Part shown: positions 34,986-43,890 of the stretch, piece after piece | Layout: each line of letters begins with the position of its first letter | Position numbering within the stretch: the first letter of the stretch is position 1 | Assembly: GCA_965238005.1 (NCBI GenBank) | Contig: OZ250165.1 | Location: 2,944,001-3,008,000, forward strand | Length of the DNA: 64,000 bases | Source of the DNA: Longimicrobiales bacterium | GTDB lineage: Bacteria; Gemmatimonadota; Gemmatimonadetes; Longimicrobiales; Gaopeijiaceae | Direction of reading: 5' to 3' | Made by a program: the position numbers and the translations under genes | Notes under the pieces: generated by a model | Seen by the model: the letters and a program-made list of their open reading frames with translations, nothing else | Database searches by the model: none | Told to the model about the DNA's origin: nothing

Positions 34986-36109
34986 TTGCCGAGGGCTCGT
35001 CATGGTCGCCTTGGTGCATCCGACGCCCTCTTGAGCGGCGGGTTCGTGCGGCCCGAAGGCGACGGAAGCGTCTACTATGCGCCGGATGCGGACGTGCTAC
35101 TCTCTGATCGGTTCCTCGACACCCACTGCATGCGGCTCACCGCGGGTCGGGACGAATCGAAAGACTTGATCGGGCTCACCTTCGAGCCCCTCGAGAACCG
35201 AGGCATCACCGAGATCAGCGGTACTCTCTGGGTCGATCCTGCTACCGGCGAGCTCCAGTGGCTGGACTACCGCTACGAGGAGCTGGACGTGCCCAACCGG
35301 GAGCGGCTGGGCGGTCGCGTGAGCTTCGATGGCCTGCCCAACGGCACCTGGATCGTGCGGGGCTGGTCCATTCGCATGCCCCGGATTACGGCAACGCGAA
35401 CGCAGCGAGGCGGCGTGAGGGCGGAGCTCACAGGCATCAAGGAGGAGGGCGGACTCATCGTACGTGTCAGCAACGTCCGGGGCGAGGTCGTTCTCGACTC
35501 CAGAGCCGGGATCGTGGAGGGTGTCGTCATGGACTCGGCTGGGATAGCGCCCATGGCCGGCGCAGTCATCCTACTCGATCAATCCGACCAAGCCACCACC
35601 GATAAAGAAAGGCACTTTCGGTTCCCCTCCCTGCCCGAGGGTCACTACGGACTGCAGGTGTCTAACCCCGCCCTGGACGCCCTGGGACTTAGACCCGAGC
35701 CCATGTACGTGGGGTCGATTCCGGGCGAGGTGTCTTCCGTTCGACTCGATTCCCGGGGGTCGTCCCGGCCCTCACAGAGGTCTGCGGACCCCACGAGCCT
35801 CTAGAGGGCGGGGGCATCATCATCGGTCACGTCCGCCACGCCTCGGGCGATCCGGCTCCCGGGGCCGGCATCTTGATCCGCTGGCAGGAAGTGCGGGCCC
35901 TGGCCGGTGGCTTCCAATGGCACGACATGGAGGCCCAGGTGGCGGTCGAACGGGAGGACGGACTCTACGCAGCGTGCGGACTTCCCAGGGACCGCTGGCT
36001 CCTGATCTCGGTCGAGTGGGACGGCCAGGAGTCCAGTTCCGAACGCTGGCGCTTCCCCGGCTTGACGGTAGTCGCGGAGAAGGACATGACGGCGCCACCG
36101 GGGGGATAG
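34986..36109 (+). pseudogene. 5'-truncated, frameshifted secreted protein with carboxypeptidase-regulatory-like (beta-sandwich) domains
   Basis: A -1 shift near 35750 joins ORF 34986-35804 (YYAPDADVLLSDRFLDTHC, GTLWVD, GTWIVRGWSIRMP, GIVEGVVMDS) to the frame FPGVVPALTEVCG...IIGHVR...LYAACGLP ending at 36109. No signal peptide or convincing start remains. Confidence 0.6.
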
Positions 36110-36227
36110 GCCCCGTCCCGCTGGCGCACCGGCCGCTCCCCCGCTAAAGTGCGAGCGCGAATTCTCCTTCGGTCGCCGAACGCCGACAAAGCGGACCGGG
36201 GGAGCGAGAACCCCTAGCCGAGAGTCC

Positions 36228-36665
36228 ATGTCACCTGCGCTGCGAGCCCTCTATATAACCGTTCTAGTCTCGGCCATCCTACTCGACGCGGCGGTACTCT
36301 ACTTGCCGAGCAACTCGACTCTGCGACTCCTCTTCGGCCTGCTTCTCCTCCCCGTGATTCTCCGGGCAGGCACACGTCTGGAGGTTATGGAGCGGTTCGC
36401 GAACCGCCCCCATTGGGTGGCTCGCGGTCGGCGCTTCCGCGAGCTACGATCCCAGGTCGTGCTGCTCCTGGAGCAGGTCCGACGGCTCAACTGGATCGCG
36501 GTGGATGCGGAGCATGGGTTCCGGGACCGAGACGAAGCTCGGCGCGAAATGGACGCCATCGAGCAGGAACTTAGGGCACTCGTCACCGACGTCCGCCGGG
36601 CGGCTGGGAAGCCCGCTGAAGATCCCGACACGGGGCCGGCGGCAAAGCAGGAAGCGGTCGGGTAG
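36228..36665 (+). CDS. Hypothetical protein: two TM helices plus a cytoplasmic helical hairpin
   Basis: Two hydrophobic segments then an amphipathic helical region; resembles 38750-39184. Confidence 0.65.
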   Translation: MSPALRALYITVLVSAILLDAAVLYLPSNSTLRLLFGLLLLPVILRAGTRLEVMERFANRPHWVARGRRFRELRSQVVLLLEQVRRLNWIAVDAEHGFRDRDEARREMDAIEQELRALVTDVRRAAGKPAEDPDTGPAAKQEAVG

Positions 36666-36890
36666 CTCGAGCCGCCGTGCGGTGGGACGTGTATCCCGAT
36701 CTCCACTCAAGAGCCAGCTCTCCGTTTCCGGGCCCTTCTTCTCGCCACGCATCTCCACTATTGCGAGGGCCCTGATCCTCGTGGCTCACCTCCACACCGA
36801 AATCCCACGGGCAGCTGGTGAATCCTGATGGGACCGGTGCAGATTGGGAAAGCACACTCCACAGATCATACAGGAAGAGGGTAGCTCGCG

Positions 36891-36958
36891 GTCGTTCACT
36901 GTTCTGGCAGTCGTTCACTGTTCTGGCAGTCGTTCACTGTTCTCGCAGTCGTTCACTG
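36891..36958. repeat. 19-bp tandem repeat, about 3.6 copies
   Basis: gtcgttcactgttctggca twice, then gtcgttcactgttctcgca, then gtcgttcactg; no spacers. Confidence 0.9.
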
Positions 36959-37036
36959 CTGAGGTCCATAGCCAGCCCGAGGGGAAATGGCTTCTCCTAC
37001 CACAACCGATGCACCCGCTCTGCGGACCCTCCTTGG

Positions 37037-37289
37037 GTCTACCCGGTCGGGACGTGTGTCATACTCGACACGTTCGAGGTGGGTCTAGTCCACGCCGCCA
37101 ACTCGGACGCCGCGCACATCCATCGGCCTGTTGTCCGCGTGCTCTGTAATGCAGATGGGTCATGGCTCGATGACCCACCGCTCGTGGACCTGGCCGAGAC
37201 CGAGTCGGACGGCTCGTTCAGCCGTTCCATCATCTAAGGTCACGGACCCGGACAAGTACTTGATCAACGTATCCGACTACTTCGTGTAG
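37037..37289 (+). pseudogene. C-terminal remnant resembling the tail of HD-GYP phosphodiesterases
   Basis: VYPVGTCVILDTFEVGLV...HRPVVRV...VDLAE...RSII, then after a 1-base shift KVTDPDKYLINVSDYFV*. No start codon or HD domain upstream. Confidence 0.55.
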
Positions 37290-37372
37290 CGAGGGCAAGC
37301 TTGCCCCCTCCCCCATCACGGTGTATGGATGAATCAGCGTCCAATTGACCATTCCCCACTATCCCTTACGCC

Positions 37373-37801
37373 ATGGCCAACGTACTGATCGTCGATGACG
37401 AGGAGATGGACCGGCTCTTGGAGAGAGCGCTAGTCGAGGACGCCGGGCACACGCCCTTTTTTGCCAACGACGGTGAGGCCGCGATGAAGGTCTACGAGGA
37501 GAACGACATCGACATCGTGATCACGGATCTCCGGATGCCCAAGTTGGACGGGCTACGCCTCATCCAAAACCTGCTCGAGAAGGATCCGAACGCCGCCATC
37601 ATCGCGGTCTCCGGCGCTGCCTCTGATCAGCTCGCCAAGGCGGAAGAGTACGGAGCGATCGCAGCGCTCATCAAGCCCGTCAAGCCCGAAGAGCTCATGG
37701 ACACTCTCCAGGAGGTCGCGGCCAACCTGTCGAAGGAGCAGGACCTCGGGGAGGGGGATCTCGGGGTGGGGGACCTCTGGGGGGGACCGGACGCGTTTTA
37801 G
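37373..37801 (+). CDS. Single-domain response regulator (CheY-like receiver)
   Basis: VLIVDD, ITDLRMPKLDG (phospho-Asp), AVSG, KPV; repetitive DLGxG tail. Confidence 0.92.
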   Translation: MANVLIVDDEEMDRLLERALVEDAGHTPFFANDGEAAMKVYEENDIDIVITDLRMPKLDGLRLIQNLLEKDPNAAIIAVSGAASDQLAKAEEYGAIAALIKPVKPEELMDTLQEVAANLSKEQDLGEGDLGVGDLWGGPDAF

Positions 37802-37802
37802 T

Positions 37803-38651
37803 GTGACCGCCAAGCACCTGCTCATCTCCCATCCGCCGCACGGCGAGGTAGATGCGGTCGAGGTGGCACCCCACTTCGGCCTCACGGCGGCCGAGGTGCG
37901 GATGAAGGCCAACTACGGGCTGCCCGAGATCTGGTTCGCCGAAGAGGACCGGGACGAGCTGCGCGAGACCGCCGCGGCTCTCGACGCGGCCGGGCTCAAT
38001 ACCGTGCTCGTAGCCGCAAGTGACCTCGTCGAGATCCCTCCGCTGAGCCCGGTTGAGTCGTTCGCCTTCACGGATTCCGGACTGTGGTTTCGGCGAGACG
38101 ACTCGGGACAGACGATGCCCTACGACGCTCCGGCCATCGCCGTGTTCAACCAGCCGCAAGCCGATGCCCAGGATGCGAGGTCGACCACGGGCTCGTTTAC
38201 GTCACAGCTTTCGAGCGCAGGACGCATGAAGGTTCGTCGGCGGAGCTCAGGCGGGGGGAGCCAGGTCGAGAGTGGAGCCGCGCCGTTTCTCGACGTCTAT
38301 GCGCCCTCGGACACGGGGCTACTTCGAATCTCCATCGTCCGGGACGTCACCGACTTCTCACTGTTACCGGCAGATCTGTCGCAAGGGCTGGCCACCATGC
38401 AGAATCTGGTGGCGGAGTGCGAGAGTCAATTCGAAGACACCCACTTCGACCGCCGTCTGGTGGGCATGAGGCTTCGCGGATTGGCGACGGTGGTGACACG
38501 ACCTGCCGAATCTCGTCGGACCGGCTTCTCTTACGCCACGCAAGCCCTGAGCGAGCTGCTCGGCTCCTTGTCGCCTGAACTGAGGGACGTCTCCCAGGCC
38601 GACCTCTCGTCGCGACTCGCCTATCTCACCAATCGAGCCAAGATATCCTGA
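37803..38651 (+). CDS. Hypothetical protein
   Basis: 282-aa ORF starting 1 bp after the receiver gene stop with protein-like composition; no motif recognised. Confidence 0.65.
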   Translation: MTAKHLLISHPPHGEVDAVEVAPHFGLTAAEVRMKANYGLPEIWFAEEDRDELRETAAALDAAGLNTVLVAASDLVEIPPLSPVESFAFTDSGLWFRRDDSGQTMPYDAPAIAVFNQPQADAQDARSTTGSFTSQLSSAGRMKVRRRSSGGGSQVESGAAPFLDVYAPSDTGLLRISIVRDVTDFSLLPADLSQGLATMQNLVAECESQFEDTHFDRRLVGMRLRGLATVVTRPAESRRTGFSYATQALSELLGSLSPELRDVSQADLSSRLAYLTNRAKIS

Positions 38652-38704
38652 AGCACTTCCCCACCGGAGGTCTCCTTTAGCAACTGCTCCGCAGCCGGCG
38701 GCTC

Positions 38705-38776
38705 GGTGGCCTGCTCTTCCGGCCGCCAGGTGGCCCGCCCTTCCGGCGGCTAGGTGGCCCGCTCTTCCGGCGGCGC
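38705..38776. repeat. 24-bp tandem repeat, 3 copies, spanning a stop codon
   Basis: ggtggcctgctcttccggccgcca / ggtggcccgcccttccggcggcta / ggtggcccgctcttccggcggcgc. Confidence 0.8.
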
Positions 38777-39184
38777 CGCCGCTGTCTGGGCAGCCGAAGC
38801 GGGGAGACCCGCCCCCTCCCGCGTGCCGTTGGTCACCTCGTCGAGCAGTCGGTTCAGCTCCGTCTCGAGTTGGCCGGTCCGCCGCATAGCTTCATCGGAC
38901 GAGATCTCGCCCTTGCCCAGACGATGGCATGTGGCGTAGAACTCGCGGAAGTGGCCGAGCAGCCTCTTTACATGATCGCGGACGGTGTCATCCCCGCGCC
39001 GCTCATCCCGTGGCGTCCCAACGGGAACTCCACCCGACGCCGCAGTCACGGCTCGCTGGGCCAGCAGTAGGGCCGGTACGAAGGCCAGGGCCGCGCGGAT
39101 CGGCGGCTCCTCCACGATGAGCACGACGACCGTGAGTAGAGCGACCTCGAAGAGGATCGTTCCTATCTGGCTGTTCTCGTTCAT
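38750..39184 (-). CDS. Hypothetical protein: two TM helices plus a helical hairpin
   Basis: Two hydrophobic segments then RR...VR..V..LL...R...G..S.DEA......E.EL..L..EV, the same pattern as 36228-36665. Confidence 0.65.
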   Translation of the reverse strand: MNENSQIGTILFEVALLTVVVLIVEEPPIRAALAFVPALLLAQRAVTAASGGVPVGTPRDERRGDDTVRDHVKRLLGHFREFYATCHRLGKGEISSDEAMRRTGQLETELNRLLDEVTNGTREGAGLPASAAQTAAAPPEERAT

Positions 39185-39223
39185 AACGCCCCGGAGGCGG
39201 ATGTGGAGCGAGGCCGGCAGGCG

Positions 39224-40612
39224 TCAAGTGCCTTCGAACGCCTGATACCAGGAGAGGATCATGCGCAGCCCGACCTGCATACCCCCGCACTCGTACCGCA
39301 TGGTCGGGTTACCGCTGATACCGTTCTGGTTGACGAAGTTGCTGCTGCCGGGCGGATCGGGGGCGTCGAAACAGAGGATGCTCCCTCCGATGACCGGGTT
39401 TCCGTTGAGCTGGCACTGGCTTTGGGCATAGATGAGCCCGTTGTAGCTATCTGTGATCCCCTGGGGATTGCCGGAGATCGCCACGTCCCCGTTCGCGATG
39501 ATGAGCGCGCCACTGGGATGCGCCGCCGTGATATACGGGTTTCCCGAATACTGCACCGACCCGTTGGCGAAGATGGACAGGGGAATCGGGCTCGGGGTCT
39601 GGGGGGCCGGGGGTGGGTCTGGGGGTTCCCCAGGATTACCCGAGATCACCACGTTCCCCATGATGCAGTAGCTTCCGGACGCCGTGGTGTTGCCGCTGAG
39701 GTTCCACTCCACGGGGTTGCTGCTCCCCCGCGTCCATCCGTTGACCGGGACGCTGGTGGCGTCGACGGTGCTCGGCGGGTCCACGGTCATGTCGACGAAC
39801 ATGCCGTTGGCTTGCAGAATGTAGTCGGAGGTACCACAGAAGTTCATGGGATTGAGGACAGGGATCTGTATCGGAGGCTGATTACTGAGCGGGGTGGAGG
39901 CTCCGCCTCCGGCTTGGTTGATTTGCCCACTCACCTGGACCGTCTGCGAGGCGGAGACCTGGGTTTGCACCGTTGTCGTGCCACTGACGACCACGACCTG
40001 GTTGGCGTGCGCGCCCCCGCAGGCGCCCAGGATGTTCGGGTTCCCGTTGATCAGGAGGCTGCCGTTGGTACCGATGGCCGGAAGGCTCGCGACGCCGATG
40101 ACCACGTTGATGGTCGCCGACGCGCCGGTATCGGTCACGCCCGTGCATTGCGCGATGATTCGGCCGTTCGAGTCGGTGAGGGGGTTCCCGTCAGTCTCCC
40201 CCGGGTGGGCGGGGTCGTCCATCAGAGTCACGAAGTAGGTCCCTCCCTGCACCGCGATCCCCTCGGGCGGAATCATGTTCGCGACGGAGAGCCCGTACCC
40301 GATGAGAAGGAAGTCATCGTCGGTGTCCGGCGTGAAGTCGGAGCCCTGCAAGAGGTTCGTCGGGGTCGTGAGCTGTAGGGGACCACGGAGAAGACCCAGG
40401 GCGTGCGTCGCGCCGCCCTCCGCCATGTTCAGAGCCCGTGCGGCGTCCTCTCGGTTGACGGCCGAGAAGTTGTTCACTCGAGCGATCGTCCACATGCCCA
40501 TGGCCAGAACCGTCACTACCACCACTCCGAAGAGCGCCGTCGCCAAGGCGATCCCGTCTCTCCCCCCCCACGGCCCTCTCGAGGCCGGCGCTAATTTCTC
40601 AGATAAACCCAC
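39224..40612 (-). CDS. PilX-like minor pilin with a large Cys-containing, GNP-repeat C-terminal domain (cluster A)
   Basis: G|IALATALF prepilin-like helix lacking Glu+5, ARALNMAEGG (PilX-type motif), repeated (I/L/Y)(S/N)GNP units. Confidence 0.72.
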   Translation of the reverse strand: MGLSEKLAPASRGPWGGRDGIALATALFGVVVVTVLAMGMWTIARVNNFSAVNREDAARALNMAEGGATHALGLLRGPLQLTTPTNLLQGSDFTPDTDDDFLLIGYGLSVANMIPPEGIAVQGGTYFVTLMDDPAHPGETDGNPLTDSNGRIIAQCTGVTDTGASATINVVIGVASLPAIGTNGSLLINGNPNILGACGGAHANQVVVVSGTTTVQTQVSASQTVQVSGQINQAGGGASTPLSNQPPIQIPVLNPMNFCGTSDYILQANGMFVDMTVDPPSTVDATSVPVNGWTRGSSNPVEWNLSGNTTASGSYCIMGNVVISGNPGEPPDPPPAPQTPSPIPLSIFANGSVQYSGNPYITAAHPSGALIIANGDVAISGNPQGITDSYNGLIYAQSQCQLNGNPVIGGSILCFDAPDPPGSSNFVNQNGISGNPTMRYECGGMQVGLRMILSWYQAFEGT

Positions 40613-41178
40613 GATACACTCCTCTCAAATGCCTGTGACCTCGGATCTCGGGGCGCCACCATCGAAACCTCCACACGCCGGGCCCCGGCTGCCACGTTCG
40701 CAGCTGACACCATCTCGTTGCCGTTGTTCGCGAAGTATCGGAATCTGATTCTGTTGACCGGATACGCCATCGCCTGACCCTCGCCCGCCGCCTCCCACCG
40801 GATGAAGAGGGTGTCGGACTCCACCCAGACCAGGACGTCCTCCAGGAGGTCAAGCACATCTTGGTCGGCGTTGAAGTCCGACACGACCCTGAGGTTGTCG
40901 AAGACACCGTGTGCCAGAGGGTCGGGATCGAGAAGCGTCGCACCCGTCCCGCTGGGGTCGGCCTTCGCCGTGCGGAGCACGGTGGCGATGGCGAACTCCG
41001 CCGCCCGGAGCGACTCCTCGGCCCGGGCGATAGCCAACTGGACGGTGTACATGCGCTGGGTGGTGAGGATGGCACCGAAGAACCCGGCCAACACCACCGA
41101 CAGGAGCGACATCGAGACGATCAGCTCGATGATAGTGAAGCCATGCTCCGGCGCCCGCCGCCCCAGGGTCGCGCTCAT
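40591..41178 (-). CDS. PilW-like minor pilin (cluster A)
   Basis: HG|FTIIELIVSM prepilin cleavage/methylation motif; C-terminal VYLRN. Confidence 0.78.
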   Translation of the reverse strand: MSATLGRRAPEHGFTIIELIVSMSLLSVVLAGFFGAILTTQRMYTVQLAIARAEESLRAAEFAIATVLRTAKADPSGTGATLLDPDPLAHGVFDNLRVVSDFNADQDVLDLLEDVLVWVESDTLFIRWEAAGEGQAMAYPVNRIRFRYFANNGNEMVSAANVAAGARRVEVSMVAPRDPRSQAFERSVSWVYLRN

Positions 41179-41633
41179 ATGATGAAGAGCGTGGTAAAGT
41201 CGATAAAGCTCACGTCATCGGGCGCGGCGCTCAGCGGCACGACGCGAATCGTGATCAAACGGGTACCGGCGGGGCCCTGCTGCGCCACCCAACGCCGAAT
41301 GAACCGTCGATTTCTCCCGCCGGTCACCGTGTCTGCGTGAAGGAGCTGGGAGGTGATGAGAGAGCCGCCGAAGACCAATGGCATGGTATCGGGGAAAGCC
41401 CTTGTGGCGGCGAGCGCCCTGAGCTCCTCGAGCTTGTTCTGCCCGACCTCCGTCATCTGAGTCCGGACCGTCGCCCGTCGTTGGGTCCTCGCGACACCGG
41501 CCACCAGGCCGGCCGCCGCCACGATGCCGATGGTCATCATCACGAGAGCGATGATGAGCTCGACCAGCGAGAATCCCGCCCTTCGCGAGCGCTCCCGGCT
41601 CGGCTTGCCAGAGCTCCGATCACCCATGGTCAC
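41175..41633 (-). CDS. PilV-like minor pilin (cluster A)
   Basis: RAG|FSLVELIIAL motif; KLEELR. Confidence 0.78.
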   Translation of the reverse strand: MTMGDRSSGKPSRERSRRAGFSLVELIIALVMMTIGIVAAAGLVAGVARTQRRATVRTQMTEVGQNKLEELRALAATRAFPDTMPLVFGGSLITSQLLHADTVTGGRNRRFIRRWVAQQGPAGTRLITIRVVPLSAAPDDVSFIDFTTLFII

Positions 41634-42032
41634 TCAAAAGACCGGAAGCCCCGCGGCAGTGAGCGATACCGTCCTCGTTTCACCACCGAGCGCGAGGACG
41701 AACTGTGCAGGACCCGTCAGCGTGGAGCCGAAGGGCAGGAACTGGACGAGCGCCGGTCCGCTTTGGAAGGCAACCCCGTTCTCGAGTCTGCGCACGCCGA
41801 CGAACTCGATCTCGTACTCGGTCGGGCTGGTCATCGTGACGTCGACCACCCGGTTGCGCTTCATCGCCTCGATCCGGGCCCTTCCGAGGTCTGCCGCCAA
41901 GCCCGACGTGGTGGACTCCAGGCGCACCGATCGGATGGTCCGTGCTATGGGCGGCATGGCGATGCTCACTATCACCAGGATTATGGCCATACCCATCATG
42001 ATCTCCATCAGCGTGAACCCTCGATCGTTCAA
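41634..42032 (-). CDS. FimT/FimU(GspH)-like minor pilin (cluster A)
   Basis: RG|FTLMEIMM motif; DLGRARIEAMKRNRVV; F.P.G and TVSLTAAG at the C-terminus. Confidence 0.8.
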   Translation of the reverse strand: MNDRGFTLMEIMMGMAIILVIVSIAMPPIARTIRSVRLESTTSGLAADLGRARIEAMKRNRVVDVTMTSPTEYEIEFVGVRRLENGVAFQSGPALVQFLPFGSTLTGPAQFVLALGGETRTVSLTAAGLPVF

Positions 42033-42209
42033 GGGTCTCCGGCGGAGGAGGGGCTAGCGATTTGACGCATGGACCAAATCCTGAGATTGAGCCTGCCGGG
42101 CTCCCGCTCTTACCAGGCGACGCGCGGAGCACCACGTCCGTCGGACGAGTCCCGGAAGGAAAGTCGCCTGTATCAGGTTGGGACCTCAGTGCGTTCCCCG
42201 TCAAGCGTC

Positions 42210-42270
42210 GATCACGAGGTTCCTGGATCAAGAGGTTCTGGATCAAGAGGTTCTGGATCAAGAGGTTCTG
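42210..42270. repeat. 15-bp tandem repeat: 3 exact copies plus 1 degenerate
   Basis: gatcacgaggttcctg, then gatcaagaggttctg three times. Confidence 0.9.
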
Positions 42271-42735
42271 CGGGGAGCGGGCTCCTATCTGTGCGTCGCC
42301 CTTACACGCCAGGGCATCACAGCACAGTCGGTCCGTCCGGGACCGGAACCTGTACCACGTGTCATGCCGAGAGACGATCGAGGACGTGCGATCCATCCAT
42401 CGGGAGACTCGGGAGATCTCCGGGGATTGGTGGACCGGCCCATCTTGAGGCTCAGCGGGGACCGGACGCTCGGGACTTTCGAGCTCTGTCGATCACGATC
42501 TCGACCTGGGCCGGGTATCCTTTCCCGGATCGACTCGAACCCCTCCTCGTCCCCTCGGAGGGCTGCATGGTGTAGGTCCCTCGCGAGCCTGGGGGGCAGT
42601 CTTCGTCACCAATCTAGTCAAGCACCGGATTCGGGGTGTGGTGGTGGGTCGGCGATGCCCTTTGGGCTGGGAGGTGTAAAGGTGGCTATCTTATAGGGGT
42701 ACGAATCGACCGGTGCCCTTCAACGGGAAGCGTCC

Positions 42736-42951
42736 TTGATCCGATCCTCACCCGAGCTGGAGTACTTCGAGCGGCAGTACGCCCGCGCACGGGGCGAGAC
42801 GGCCACGTACGCTCAGGCCCTGAAGATCTTCGAAGCGCTCTGGGCCCAGGCGGAGGCCTTGAACCCCGACTTTCCCGGCGATTGGAAGGCCGATCTCGTT
42901 CCGGACGTCGCTGTCGCAAGAGCCATCAATGGGCTCCCCCCGGATGCCTGA
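42736..42951 (+). CDS. Small helical protein, putative antitoxin-like partner
   Basis: 71 aa with TTG start; overlaps the nucleotidyltransferase start by 8 bp. Confidence 0.6.
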   Translation: MIRSSPELEYFERQYARARGETATYAQALKIFEALWAQAEALNPDFPGDWKADLVPDVAVARAINGLPPDA

Positions 42952-43516
42952 CTTCAAGGCTCTGCTCGCACGTCTCTCGCGAGTCTTGGAGGAGCGCGAG
43001 GTGCCGTTCATGATAATCGGGGGGCAGGCCGTCCTCCTGCACGGCGAACCGCGGCTGACGCAAGACGTGGACGTCACGCTCGGGGTTGGTCCCGCCCGCC
43101 TTCCGGAGATCCTCAGCGTCTGTCAGGAGTTGGACTTCGAGCCTCTGCCCGAGAACGTCGAGGACTTCGTGCGAAGTACCTTCGTCCTGCCCGCCGCAGA
43201 TCGAGTGACCGGCATCCGTGTAGACCTCATTTTTTCCACGACGACGTACGAAGCGGAGGCCATCTCCCGCGCCCAAAGCGTGGAAGTCGGGGAGGCCTTC
43301 GTGCCGTTCGCGACTGCGGAAGACCTCATCATCCACAAGCTCTTCGCAGGGCGTCCCCGCGACATCGAGGACGCCGTCGGGGTGGTCAGGCGCAAGGGAC
43401 TCGACCTGGAGTGGGACTATCTCCGTCGCTGGGCTGCGGAGTTCGCGCTCGTCCAGGGTCGTGAGAATCTTCCCGACGCTCTCGAAGAGCTTCGGAGCGA
43501 GCTCGGCGGGGAGTAG
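42944..43516 (+). CDS. Nucleotidyltransferase (Pol-beta superfamily, AbiEii/DUF6036-like)
   Basis: MIIGGQAV..HGEPRLTQDVDV, RVDLI, EDLIIHKL.AGRPRDIED. Confidence 0.82.
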   Translation: MPDFKALLARLSRVLEEREVPFMIIGGQAVLLHGEPRLTQDVDVTLGVGPARLPEILSVCQELDFEPLPENVEDFVRSTFVLPAADRVTGIRVDLIFSTTTYEAEAISRAQSVEVGEAFVPFATAEDLIIHKLFAGRPRDIEDAVGVVRRKGLDLEWDYLRRWAAEFALVQGRENLPDALEELRSELGGE

Positions 43517-43890
43517 GAGTCACGCGTCGCAGAAACGGGCAAGGGCGTCGTCGAACCGATCGGTCAAGCTGGCCGACGCCGGCGGGTTGTCGGCATTGAG
43601 CCCGACCGCCGAATCCACCCGGACAATGAGTTCGCGCTGGTGTCGAAGGACGCGGACAGCCGAGCTGCTGGGCGTCGGTTGTCCGGAGTTCCGGCCGGTG
43701 TACGTATCTCTCGAGTGAGATCATACGTATTGGGGCAAGGCCTACGCCCCGGTCACTCCCCCTGAGAGTGGGTGATGGACCGACAACCTCTGAGAGGCTG
43801 AGGCTCACCCGAGGGAGGTGCGATCTATTGCTAGAGAGACCTCACTGCGTCTCCCGTCATCTCTCGATACTCAACGGCCGGACTCCTCGG

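Noticed and set aside
36891..36958. Possible CRISPR array (also considered for 42210-42270)
   Set aside because: Units are contiguous with no unique spacers, are shorter than CRISPR repeats, and no cas genes are present.
42062..42696. Overlapping ORFs in the gap upstream of pilin cluster A
   Set aside because: They stay open partly because the 15-bp repeat has no stops; no RBS or motif support, although an eroded gene cannot be excluded.
43517..43870. Possible small gene or IS end between the nucleotidyltransferase and PilX copy 2
   Set aside because: Only a short protein-like minus-strand stretch without a start; no terminal inverted repeats, target duplication or transposase seen.
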